Source of the DNA: Eledone cirrhosa
Taxonomy: Eukaryota
Assembly: GCA_964016885.1 (NCBI GenBank)
Contig: OZ024743.1
Coordinates: 25,048,001 to 25,112,000, forward strand
Length of the DNA: 64,000 nucleotides
Reading direction: 5' to 3'
Positions 30,106 to 45,441 of this stretch are shown piece by piece (the stretch's first letter is position 1; every line of letters starts with the position of its first letter). The notes under the pieces were generated by a model. It did no database searches, was not told the origin of the DNA, and was given only the letters and a program-made list of their open reading frames with translations. The translations under genes and the position numbers were made by a program.

Positions 30106-31035
30106 GATATTAGATTGTTTACCAATGGGTAGAACTAGTGGCTCCGGTTAGTAAACAATAATGCATGTATGTATAATAATGTATGTATATATATGCCATT
30201 ATGTAGTATCCCGCCGAGGTTAACTTTGCCTTTCATCCTTATGGGGTCGATAAAATAAAGTACCAGTAATCTACTGGGTAATTGCTGGCCTTGTACCAAA
30301 AGTAGAAACAATTATGTAGTATACATATAAAATACCAGTAATGTACTGAGTAATGGCTGGCCTTGTGCCTAACGTAGAAAGAATTATGTAGTATACATAT
30401 ATATATATAAGCATATATACATATACATATAATTACACACACACACACACACACATTTATATATCCCGTCCCCTGAATCTTCCTAATTTTTCATTCTTTC
30501 TTCCTGGTATTTCACACGTTAACCTAATATATCCCTTCCATATACTCTACCGATTGTGTTCTTATTTCTGTTTACCTTTTACATATATATATATGTATAT
30601 ATATATGTGTGTGTGTGGTGTGTGTGTGGTGTGTGTCTATGTGTGTCAGTGTGTGTTTGCATGGGCGTGTCTGTGTATACACATAACAATATTGGGTTAA
30701 ATATTGGTTATATATAAACATAGGTACAACACCACACGTTTATATATATAGTAGGTGTGGTACAGTCAAATTACTCGAGCATAATACATTAGAGGTCTGT
30801 ACACACACACACACTCTCTCTTTCTCTCTCTCACACTCATACACACAGATATATATATATATATATATATATTCAAAATTAAATTAAGGGTGTTATGTCC
30901 GAAAGACATGTTTATTTTAGATATATATATGTCAATCAATTTCTAGTTGATATATATATATATAAAAATATATATATATCCCAAAAATATATATTAGAAT
31001 ACTGTTGAAGTGTGTATATATTTTTGGGTGACCCC

Positions 31036-31097
<62 letters not shown>

Positions 31098-31140
31098 TGC
31101 GTGGTTGCACATGGGTTACATATGATAAAAATAGTCCTTG

Positions 31141-31172
<32 letters not shown>

Positions 31173-31174
<2 letters not shown>

Positions 31175-31422
31175 GAAACAGGGAGAAAGACACGATTATT
31201 AGGAAGAAAAATATATTTTTTTCCTTTTTTTATTTATTTCTCTCTTTTTTTCTGGGTTAGTAAATGATTAAAACGAAATGTTTTACTTTGTTAATACCTT
31301 AACACTTCACACAAAGTAAAACATTTCGTTTTAATCATTTTCTAACCCAGAAAAAAGAGAGAAATAAATAAAAAAAGGAAAAAAAAAAATTTTTCTTCCT
31401 AATAATCGTCTCTTTCTCCCTT

Positions 31423-31428
<6 letters not shown>
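31173..31428. mobile_element. TA-flanked fold-back with ~118-bp arms; single-arm copy at 46961-47090
   Basis: 31173-31291 is the reverse complement of 31311-31428. No HHR core is visible. Confidence 0.8.
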
Positions 31429-31492
<64 letters not shown>

Positions 31493-32422
31493 TAACTCGT
31501 GTGCTTCCTCTCCACATTTTATTATTATATATATATAGGGGTAAAAATGGGTGAAAGATTACTCAATAGATGTGTAACAGAATATGAACAATTGTGCGAA
31601 ACTGATTATTCTTTCAGTTGGTTATCAAACATTATCGCTATGTCCAATCCCACAGGTGACAAACTGTGTTTCTTTTTCCGCCGAAACGATCGGCCATAGT
31701 CAAATCTCCGAGTAGCTCCGAAATGAGTTATCAACTTCGAAGGATTACTCTTTTACCTGTTTCCACCATCCGGCTGAGGCCATGCTGGGGCACCGATTAA
31801 CTATTTTTTTATTTTATTATTTTATTAGAATTCCCTTTCACTCATTTATACATACAATCTTACATACACACACACGTGCACCCACTCACACATACACACA
31901 CACACGCACATACACACACTCACACGCACACACACACACTCACACACACATATGTATATACAGGTGCCCCTCCCCCAAAATATATATACACTGTGATTAC
32001 CTGTACAATATATACTAGAATATACAGCCTTTCCCAAAGAACAAATGATCTACAGACATAATTCAATTGTATGTAAATACCCCAAAATGTTTACATAATT
32101 TATTGTAATGCACTTTAAAAAGGATTTTTTGTGTATACATATATATAAAGTTGATTCAAATATGAATGTTAACGCGGTAGTTCAGTATACAAGACAACAA
32201 ATATATTCCATTTCCGTAAACAGTTCTGTTAAATACTTATCTCCTATTTTCTATCTGTTAACATATTATGTGTGTTCATCGACCTCCCCCATAAACATAT
32301 ATAGATACATATATGTATGTATATATATATATATATATACATATATGTATATATATATATATATACATATATGTATATATATATATATATATACATACAT
32401 ATATATATTATATATATATATG

Positions 32423-32551
<129 letters not shown>

Positions 32552-32557
32552 GTATAT

Positions 32558-32595
<38 letters not shown>

Positions 32596-33021
32596 ATAAT
32601 AATAAATTTGAAGACTAAAATCCAAAGAGGGCTCGATAAGGATAAATATATATATCAAATATGTTTTGAAATATTCACTTCTGCGTTCACAGATTGACTT
32701 TGTTAGTTTCAGAAGGTCCCGATAAGGGTGAAAGCAGCGATTCTTTGCTTAAACTTTAATCTATTATTTTAATAAATATATATATATATATGACGCTCAA
32801 TATAAATATATATATATATATGACGCTCAATATAAATATATATATATATATGACGCTCAATAAGGATTATATATAAAGATATATATAATATATATATATA
32901 TAAACCCGTAATCTGTACTAATATCAAATATAAATACGCACGCATGCATGCACACAGATACACACATATATATATTTATTATTAGTACATATTATGCGTT
33001 TATATATACTTATATATATAT

Positions 33022-33073
<52 letters not shown>

Positions 33074-33106
33074 CGTGTGTGTGTATGTGTGTGTGTGTGC
33101 ACGAGC

Positions 33107-33173
<67 letters not shown>

Positions 33174-33243
33174 GGAAAGTAAACGGAAAACAACGCACCA
33201 AACAATACAGTGCAATGAAGATATATATTAGCAGAAAAAATGT

Positions 33244-33277
33244 CTTAACGTTTCGGACACAAGTTCTTCATCAGAAG
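33244..33277 (-). ncRNA. Minimal type I hammerhead (family C); decayed copies at 5832-5865 (+) and 41810-41843 (-)
   Basis: Minus strand: CTT-CTGATGA-AGAAC TTGT GTCC-GAAAC-GTT-AAG. Loop-less AACGTT palindrome. Confidence 0.65.
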
Positions 33278-33606
33278 TTAGAATGGGAAATGTAAAGAAC
33301 AAATAACAAGATAGCGAAGAATGGGAAGAGGATAAACGGAAAACATCTTTTTGACGAAACGGCACGTATAGGTTCAGACTGCCATGCATGCATACATATA
33401 CAAACATACATACAAACATACATACATACATACATACATACATACATACATACATACAAACATACATACAAACATACATACAAACATACATACATACATA
33501 CATATATACATACATACATACATACATACATACATACATACATACATACATACATACATACATACATACAAACATACATAGATACATATATACATACATA
33601 CATACA

Positions 33607-33640
<34 letters not shown>

Positions 33641-34146
33641 AATTAAGTATTGGCACTAACGTTAGAGCGTCGGATAACATGCTTTGCGATATATTGTTAC
33701 GACCCTTTACGTTCTGAACTTAAATCCCGGTGATGTTAAGCTTTACCTTTCATCCTTACGGTGTCGATAAAATAAAATGACCAGTAATGCACTTGGGTAT
33801 ATCTGATCAACTTTCCCCTCCACCCAAATGTGTTAGCCTTGAACCTAAATTAGAAACCATAGCATAGTTACGTCCCTTTATGATCTGAGTTCAAATCCCG
33901 CCGAGGTTAACTTTGCCTTTCATCCTTACGGGGTCGATAAAATAAAGTACCAGTAATGTACTGGGTAATTGCTGGCCTTGTGCCTAAAGTAGAAACAATT
34001 ATTATTAGAGATGATACTCTATCAGCACTTAATGCATATACATGAATTGATATAAGATTAATACTGCCATCCATTTCATATTGGCATAAGTTGCAGAGTG
34101 TTTACAATTAAAAATAAGTTAAATCGTAAATTCAATCTCTCATTAT

Positions 34147-34187
<41 letters not shown>

Positions 34188-34390
34188 AACCAGTAAGACC
34201 CCGACAGCTGAGCTCAAGCCGTTTCGACGGCTAATTCTGGACCACTAATTCTTGGTCCAGAATTAGCCGTCGAAACGGCTTGAGCTCAGCTGTCGGGGTC
34301 TTACTGGTTCCTATTACCCACTCTACTACCTCAAGTATTGAGTACTTTGGTGCGTTATGGTCCACCTGGTTCCTTACCACATTTCCTTCG

Positions 34391-34480
<90 letters not shown>

Positions 34481-35290
34481 GCATGTATTATAGTTAAGTT
34501 GTGAGCTTTGTAACGTGGGAGTGTTACCTACGTCCTCGCATCAAACACACATAACACGAAGATGTGTGTATTGAAATAATGAAAAAGCTCAGTAGAGTCA
34601 GTAATAGTAATTATTTTAGGGAACGTATCTGGTGGGAGTCGATATGTTGATAGCAAATCACTGTTTCTATAAATCACAGTGATGTATTCTAATATTTGAC
34701 AAGGTCAAAATTATGCATTGAAAATACTTCAATGATTAGCTATTTAAAGCAGAAGTATACATATAAATATCTTATATATGTTTTCATAAAGCAATGCATG
34801 GTGGAAAGACCATTTAAACTACATATTAATATGTTAAAGAGATATGCCGCGTGTATACACACGTACGAATTTCAGAGAGCACGTGCCGTGGATTTCCTAT
34901 TGCATTTATATTGTTTTTCAAACCTTGTCTAAATCCGATTTCAGCATTTAAATACCGCTTAATGTCCTTGCAGAAGTGGCATGGCATCACCGAGTTTCCC
35001 GCACCTCTAAAGTGGAGGTCGTGTGCGCTTAGTCAAAAGAAATAGTCGCTTTTTGCCAACTTTTTTTACATCATAGCTGGTTTGGGAGAAATGTATTAAT
35101 ACATACACAAAAACAGAGATACACACACAAACACACACACACACTCAAATATATATATATATATATATATATACTTTATATACTTTATATGTATATACAT
35201 ATAAAGTATATATCTTTCGTTTATAATATATATATATATATAAATATATAAATATATATAATATATATATATAATATCTATTCTTTTAAC

Positions 35291-35468
<178 letters not shown>

Positions 35469-35592
35469 ATGCATTCATTTGATGACCCTATGATAAACAG
35501 GCGAAACTACAGAATAACAGGACTCGCTATTTAGCCTAATAAAATGAATATTGAGTACTCTATCCTCTCACCCGTCAACAACATACTATATG

Positions 35593-35640
<48 letters not shown>

Positions 35641-35659
35641 TGTGTGTGTGTGTGTGTGA

Positions 35660-35708
<49 letters not shown>

Positions 35709-36269
35709 CAGGTAGATAGGTAGATATAGATAACTTAATATATCCCTTCCATATACTGTACCGATTGTGTTGTTGTTTATATATATATATATATATATGT
35801 ATATACACATGTACAAATGTATGTATATGTATATGTGTACATACACATGTACATATGTATGTATATGCGCGGTGACAGAGAAATAGTCGGGCTGGACACC
35901 CGATCGCGCGGTTAAACCACTGGGGTGAAGGACCTTTGTCAGGGGATTCTTCTAGGAGAAGGCAACTCAGGAAACTGGGATAACTCCGATATAAAACCTG
36001 CGGCTCAGTAGTTACTGATGATGTTGATCTTTTCTTCTTTTAGGGTTATAGCTACTGTCGCTCAAAGAGTGGGATTGGCTCAGTGCACAGTCTTTCCGCA
36101 CTTCAAAAAAATCTTCACGCACAGGCATTGCACGATAGAATTAATTAATATTTATTAATAATGGTATTTCGTGCAATGGCCAAACTCGATAATGAGGGGG
36201 CAGCCATCATATACATATTTATATTCACACACATGGTGAATACATTTGTGTGGGTTTGCCAGTGTCCTT

Positions 36270-36340
<71 letters not shown>

Positions 36341-36618
36341 AAACTAATGGTTCTCTCAAAATAAAACCGATTAAATAAGCCTAATAGGGCCACTTAAGAT
36401 AAATGTCCTTATCTTTTATGTACACAAATCTACCATAAACCAAATATTACCCACAATTACAATTAAAATAGGATCTCTATGAGTCTTGTAAACGGGAAAA
36501 CCGTCTACCCAGTATCGATACATAATCAAGCCGTAAATTGCCTAATATGTATATATATATATTTATAGATATATTCATACGTATATGTATATATATATAT
36601 ATTTGTGTGTATGCATAC

Positions 36619-36663
<45 letters not shown>

Positions 36664-36728
36664 AACACACACTCACACACACACACACATATATTGTATG
36701 TACATATATGCAAATACTTATATATATG

Positions 36729-36808
<80 letters not shown>

Positions 36809-37046
36809 GATAAATCTACCAAGAGTAGAGAGAGAGAGAGATATATAATACATATATATACATATATAAATACATATGTAAACACTTTATAATATAGCCA
36901 GGCTCTACTATTCCAAGTGCCGAGTACTTTGTTGAGTAATGTTCCAACTAATTTTAAATTGGTTTTATCCCGATATATAGATATCTGTACATGTATACAT
37001 ATATATATATATGTGTGTATGTGTGTATATATATATATATATGTGT

Positions 37047-37109
<63 letters not shown>

Positions 37110-37154
37110 TTCCTAGGTATTTGGGGTAACCAGTCGATTGTTCGCAAAGTATTG

Positions 37155-37201
<47 letters not shown>

Positions 37202-37477
37202 TACCTTTGATAGGTTTCGGCCTGTATTGGCACAAGCCATGTCCAAACTTAATAGCATCACCTGGTGAAGTCTTCCAAAACAAGATTTGGACACCATTGC
37301 CTACTCAACTAAATAGTTATTGTTTTTGGAGACATATCCAGGATCAGGGGCTTTATCCGGAATTTCTCCAAACACATTTTTAATGTTATGGGATTTGTTT
37401 CTGTTTTTATGTGCTTTGGTGTGGTGTTAAACTAGGCGGCATCAGTTGAGGTGAAATAACTATACCGTAATGTTTAT

Positions 37478-37535
<58 letters not shown>

Positions 37536-37676
37536 GTGTGTATATATATATATATATATGTATATTTATCTGTTTGTGTGTGTGTGTGTACATATATATG
37601 GTGTATACATACATACATACAAACATATATATATATATATAAATATATACACACACACACACATATATATATATAA

Positions 37677-37796
<120 letters not shown>

Positions 37797-38006
37797 CAGA
37801 TTAAAGTTTAAGCAAAGAATCGTTGCTTTCACCCTTAACGGGATCTTCTGAAACTCAATTCTTTGCTTAAACTTTAATCTGTTATTTTAATAAATATTTG
37901 CTCTACGGTTCTTATATATTTGATATATATTTATCCTTATCGAGCCCTCTTTGGATTTTAGTCTTCAAATTTATTATTATTACTATATATATATATACCT
38001 ATATAC

Positions 38007-38067
<61 letters not shown>

Positions 38068-38847
38068 ATATATATATATATATAATATGTATGGAAGAAT
38101 AAAATGTTCTGATTTATTTCCCCCTCATATCGAATGTCATAAATTTAACTCAAGCTTCCTAAAACCATTTCAATCTCTGTGATTTTCGAAAACCAAGGTC
38201 GAAAAAACAGTTTTATGAAGTTGTTTGCTGGTCATACACTGTAGATATATATAACTCAGTTTTCCGATGTATTGTGTACATATTCAATATGTGAATGATC
38301 TCCTCGTACGAATTAGCACATACCGAATAGCACAGTCTAATTCTTACTCTATATTCTTATTCTATATTCTGAAACTCTGTTGTTAAGTGGTTTTAAGAAG
38401 AGCTGGCGTTTTACTCTAAGTAAATGAGATAGCATTGACTTGTTGCAAATAGCAATGAATTTAACATCAACTCAGACTATGTATTTTTTAGCGTTATAAA
38501 TTTTGATGTACTCCCAGATATATAGTGTCTGACAAAGGAAAAATACCAAAAACAAAACAAGGACTAGAATAACTTTGATCACAGATAATAATCCTCCTGG
38601 ACTAGGGTTGATCAGCTGTAAGACATCAATAACAAAGAATACACAATTTTAATTGCTTAGCGAAATGCCAAACTCAAATGTACATAGCTGTCTCTTTAAT
38701 ATATATGTATATATTTTCACACACACACACAAATACATACATACACGCATACATACACATGTATAATAGCTTTCTTTTCATTCATATGTGAGCATGATAA
38801 TCTACATGATGATGATGATATATATATATGTGTATGTGTGTGTATAT

Positions 38848-38923
<76 letters not shown>

Positions 38924-39398
38924 ATGTATGTAAAAGGTAAACAGAAATAACAACACAATCGGTACAGTATATGGAAGGGATATATTAGGTTATCTATATC
39001 TATCTATCTACCTGTATATGTGTGTATATATATATGTATATATAAATACACACACACACATATATATATAGTGACATGTACAGGCACTTAATTTTTGTTG
39101 GGTTATTCACCCAACTCATTCAGCCTATCATATAAATGAATAGGGCTTACCACCATAGTGATTTTAGAAATATATATATGTATATACATATATATATATA
39201 TATATATAACGAAGGAAATGTGGTAAGGAACCAGATGGACCATAACGCACCAAAGTACTCAATATTTAGGGTAGTAGAGTGGATAATAGGAACGAGTAGG
39301 ACCCCGACGGCTGAGCCCAAGCCGTTTCGACGGCTAATTCTGGACTAAGAATTAGCCGTCGAAACGGCTTGAGCTCAGCCGTCGGGATCCTACTCGTT

Positions 39399-39460
<62 letters not shown>

Positions 39461-40512
39461 AGTGTTGTTATATGGGGGGAGGGTCCTGCTGTTATAATCC
39501 TGCCTGAAATATAGTAAAACACACTCACTGTTTGGTTTCAGTTGGTTTTCGCTTCAGTATATTTTATATTTCTATAATTAATTCAAACAATAGTTGTTTC
39601 AACAAACGATTTCATTTTAAAAACCTTGCCAAACAAATTCCTATATGTAAGTGATTATAATGAAATATTCCATTATTAACTTTGGTAAGGTGTGAAAAGC
39701 TTGACGCGCGCTTAAGGTGTTCCGCAGGTGAGGAATTCAAAACAATTGAAATAATCTTGCGAATGTTAAATTTCTTGCTGTATTAGAATGAGTAACTTGA
39801 TTAGTAATATTTATGTACTTACGTATTACACATCTATTAATGTAAAACTACTACTTTTGGCACAAGACCAGCAATTACCCAGTGCATTACTGGTACTTTA
39901 TTTTATCGACCCCGTAAGGATGAAACCCAAAGTTAACCTCGGCGAGATTTGAACTCAGATCATAAAGGGCCGTAACTCTATGCTGCAAAGCATGGCGACC
40001 GATCCTCTACCGATACTGCCAATCCATCGCCATTAAAACTACTTAATTAATGCTGTGGCTTTTGGACTGTTCTTTACTCTCTGTATACTTTTCTAACGCT
40101 TATACGAAATAATCTATACTGCCTAATAACCTAAGCCTAATAAAATACTTCTTCACCATAATTACCCCCTAGTACGTCCATCCGCTTCGCCTGCATTCGT
40201 CATTGCTCGCCTATATTCAGCATTTGCTAATGCCAATGTTCTTGAAACATGTTTTTGTTAAATTCAATCTATCTAATAATCCTGATGATGCCCACCGGGT
40301 TTGTATATTGTGTAATTAATCGTTAATTAATTATAACTGATTGATTCGTTGATTGCATTTCCATGCAAGCTTATCACTTGTATAGAAACTATTGTACATA
40401 TTTAAGATGGATTGAATTTGAAATCCTTTATTTCCTTTACTTTATATATATCCCAAGGCTCTGATACCACCAACACTATAAACACAGAGCTGGCATATCT
40501 AAGAACTGACTA

Positions 40513-40568
40513 ACTGTCTGATGAGGTCATAGCCATTCAATGGCTATCATCGAAATATATATAGCAGT
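40513..40568 (+). ncRNA. Type I hammerhead ribozyme, canonical core
   Basis: ACTGT-CTGATGA-GGTC ATAGCCAT TCA ATGGCTAT CATC-GAAA-TATATA-TA-GCAGT. AUA site. About 45 nt of tail follow, then (TA)n. Confidence 0.8.
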
Positions 40569-40620
40569 AAATAAAGGATTATGAGTTCATGCAATTGACT
40601 TATGTTTCGTCACTATATAT

Positions 40621-40821
<201 letters not shown>

Positions 40822-40833
40822 CATATATATATG

Positions 40834-40875
<42 letters not shown>

Positions 40876-40915
40876 AGTGTGTGTATGTGTGTATGTGTGT
40901 GTACATACAAACACA

Positions 40916-40949
<34 letters not shown>

Positions 40950-41185
40950 TGTGGGGAGAAGCATTATATATATATGTAGAAAGAGAGAGAGAGAGAGATG
41001 TGTGAGTGTATTATAAAAATGACAGAAGACAAAGGTTAGAAACTTAAATCCAGTCTTTACTTTCTACGTCCGTTTCAATAATACATGCATATGAAAACAA
41101 TCGGAAACAATTAATTAGCACTTATCAGCACAAAATTATTTTAGTGTGCATTAGCAAAAGTATTAGTGGAATACTATTACCTACA

Positions 41186-41229
<44 letters not shown>

Positions 41230-41253
41230 TTAAATATATATATACATATATAT

Positions 41254-41340
<87 letters not shown>

Positions 41341-41344
<4 letters not shown>

Positions 41345-41613
41345 TTGGTGCTCTGAAATAGCGATATATATATGAATGTATATAAAGTGTATTTTGCAAT
41401 ACTCTGTATGCTTAATTAAAAGCATTTCGAAGACTTTACGCTATTGTTTTAGAGTAGTGACAGTCTCACTTACTTTAAATTCTCAGCAAACAGGGGAGAT
41501 CTCCCTTGTTTGCTGAAAATTGAGACTGTCACTACTCTAAAACAATAGCGTAAGGTCTTCGAAATGCTTTTAATTAAGCATACAGTGTATTGCAAAATAC
41601 ACTTTATATACAG

Positions 41614-41616
<3 letters not shown>
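41341..41616. mobile_element. Family O fold-back element
   Basis: Inverted about GGAGATCTCC (~41494-41503), with (TA)n on both sides. Same sequence as 44870-45035. Confidence 0.85.
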
Positions 41617-41676
<60 letters not shown>

Positions 41677-42732
41677 CATACATATATACATACATATATA
41701 TATATACATATATATATGTATGTAAAAGGTAAACAGAAATAATAACACAATCGGTACAGTATATGGGAGGTATATATTAGGTTAACGCTTGATATAGCAG
41801 GAAGAGGGTCTTAACGCTTCGGACGCTAGTCCTTCATTAGAAGAAAGAATGAGAAATAAAATGGACAGATATATATGAGAGTGTGCGGGGTATTTAGAAT
41901 ATAACAGCAGGATCCTTTTACTATGTCTGCCAATAAACGATGAAAGGTGAGCTAAAATGGGTTCTGTAATATCACTCCTTTCCAACAAGTAAACAATTCA
42001 GCTGGATTTAATCTTACAAGGCATCTAACTAGAGTTAATGGAATGTCTAAAGAGAATTTATTAAACACTCATAAATGAAGTCATCGGGTGGTAAACCTGG
42101 TGTACCGTATTATAGCTTAGATACATAATAAATAATACACGCTTTTGAATTTGTTTTTCTGGATGTGACACATTCTCCTGTGTAAAGAAATAACTAATAA
42201 AATTGCCCAAACCAAGAAACTACTAGTTTCATGTTGACAGTAATAATAAGTGTTTCTACGTTTGGCACAAGGCCAGCAATTAATCATTCCATCGTACTTC
42301 TTATTTTATGGACCCCGTAAGGATGAAAGGCAAAGTTAACCTCAGCGGGATTTGAACTCAGAATGGCAACGGCCGTAACTCTATACGACAAAGCATGGGG
42401 TCCGACCTTCTACCGATACTGCCCAATCCACCGATCATAGTAATAATTGTTTCTACTTTAGGCACAAGGCCAGCAATTACCTAGTGCATTACTGGTACTT
42501 TATTTTATCGATCTCGTGAGGATGAAAGGCAAAGCCAACCTCGTAATAATAATGAAAATTATTATGTACAGTGCTTAGGTGCACTGCAACTCATCTAAAG
42601 TACCTATATAGTACATAGGATAATGTATAAAGTACCTTTCCAACTCGTCGTCCTACTAAAACCCTGACACAAAAATACATGCGGAAAATCATGATTATTT
42701 TACATGTTTTATATATATATATATATATATAT

Positions 42733-42921
<189 letters not shown>

Positions 42922-42991
42922 TATATATACATATATATATAAATATATATATATACATATATATATACATATATATACATATGTATATACA

Positions 42992-43022
<31 letters not shown>

Positions 43023-43278
43023 GCATATATATGTATGTATATATATTTATATATATATATTCATTTATGTTTTTATGTATACACACACACACATATATAT
43101 ATATATATAAAAAAAACATGAGATGAAAGAAGAATACTGCGTGCTTTGCACATGGGTTACATATGATAAAAATAGTCCTTCGTCAGTGATTTTCCAACCA
43201 TCATTGGTATATATATATATATGTATATATATATATACATACAAATATAAACATAAATGAATATATATATATATATAA

Positions 43279-43390
<112 letters not shown>

Positions 43391-43393
43391 ATA

Positions 43394-43443
<50 letters not shown>

Positions 43444-43467
43444 TATATATGTATGTATATATGTATG

Positions 43468-43552
<85 letters not shown>

Positions 43553-43984
43553 GTATGTATATATATTTATCGAACTTAGAAAATGTTTATCAAACATTCT
43601 TACGGGGGTCGATAAAATAAAGTACCAGTAATACATTGGGATATTTCTGGCCTTGTGCCAATAGTAGAAACAATTATTTATTCCAATAGATAGGTTACGT
43701 ATGTTTACGTAATACAACTTGCCCTTTCAATATACAACGTGCACATACTCACGCATAAACACATCCAGAAAGAAACATAAGTCTATATATAAGTCGGGCG
43801 AAATATTGCAGTTCTCCGCAGCCGAATTTCCCTCAAGCCTCAATTTGGTAAAGAAGTGGATATGTTGGATAATATTATCAATGCAAAGAGTCTGCATTGA
43901 AACATTTAAACCATTCAAGTAATAAATGTTTGTATCGATAAATATACACACAAATATAGATCTCTGATTGCACCCCCAACTCTC

Positions 43985-44079
<95 letters not shown>

Positions 44080-44151
44080 TTATATTTATATGCATATATG
44101 TGTATGTATATATATTTATATATATATATATATTCATTTATGTTTATATGT

Positions 44152-44206
<55 letters not shown>

Positions 44207-44305
44207 TATAAATATAAAAATAAATGAATATATATATATAAATATATATAGATATATATATGCATATAAATATAAATATAAATATATATATATATAAATA
44301 TATAA

Positions 44306-44340
<35 letters not shown>

Positions 44341-44374
44341 TATAAATTTATATATGCATGTATATATATGTATG

Positions 44375-44406
<32 letters not shown>

Positions 44407-44485
44407 TACATACATGCACATATACAAAGAAAATTTATATGTGTATATATATATATATGTGTATATATATACATATATATCTACA

Positions 44486-44568
<83 letters not shown>

Positions 44569-44593
44569 GTATAAACATACACACACACATATT

Positions 44594-45037
44594 CCAAAAC
44601 AATAGCATAAGGTCTTCAAAATGCTTTTAATTAAGCATACAGTGTATTGCAAAATACACTGTATATACGTTCATATATATATATCGCTATTTCAGAGCAC
44701 CAATTCTAATTTTCAATTTCTGCTTGACCCGCAAACGCTCTGTATAATCAGTTCCTGATTATTACTAAAATTCTATAAGAATCAAACTTTCATGATTTTC
44801 AGCGGACAGGTGGTGTACTTAGCTTTGATAAGTACCAAATAGTACGAAACAGAGCTCTGTCAGCTTTATCTCCCCCTGTTTGCTGAAAATTTAAAGTAGG
44901 TGAGACTGTCACTACTCTAAAACAATAGCGTAAGTTCTTCAAAATGCTTTTAATTAAGCATACAGTTTATTGCAAAATACACTATATATACATTCATATA
45001 TATAACAATATTTCAGAGCACCAATTCTAATTTTCAA
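44594..45037 (+). mobile_element. Family O partial tandem (about 1.4 units of a ~320-bp monomer) containing an HHR
   Basis: 44594-44716 repeats directly at 44917-45037. Confidence 0.8.
44821..44865 (+). ncRNA. Type I hammerhead with U3:A8 compensatory core
   Basis: AGCT-TTGATAA-GTAC CAAATA GTAC-GAAA-CAGAGCTCTG-TC-AGCT. GUC site, palindromic stem III. Confidence 0.8.
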
Positions 45038-45106
45038 ATGTATATATATATGTATATATATATGTTGAGTATATAATTAATTATATATATATCATGTATT
45101 TGTATG

Positions 45107-45163
<57 letters not shown>

Positions 45164-45175
45164 TGTATTTGTATG

Positions 45176-45213
<38 letters not shown>

Positions 45214-45226
45214 ATATATTATCATA

Positions 45227-45260
<34 letters not shown>

Positions 45261-45361
45261 GTATATATATATATATATATATGTATATGTATATGTATAT
45301 ATATATACGTATATATATAAATGTATACATCACATATACATATATATTTATATATATACAT

Positions 45362-45441
<80 letters not shown>

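Noticed and set aside
31585-31632. Minus-strand TTGATAA...AACTGA/TCAGTT...CAATTGTT
   Set aside because: It suggests a third U3:A8 motif, but GAAAC is replaced by GCAC. Too degenerate to call.
37200-37385. Possible mariner transposase remnant (IWTPLPTQLNSYCFW)
   Set aside because: Only a faint resemblance to WPPxSPDLNP, and no TIRs were found.
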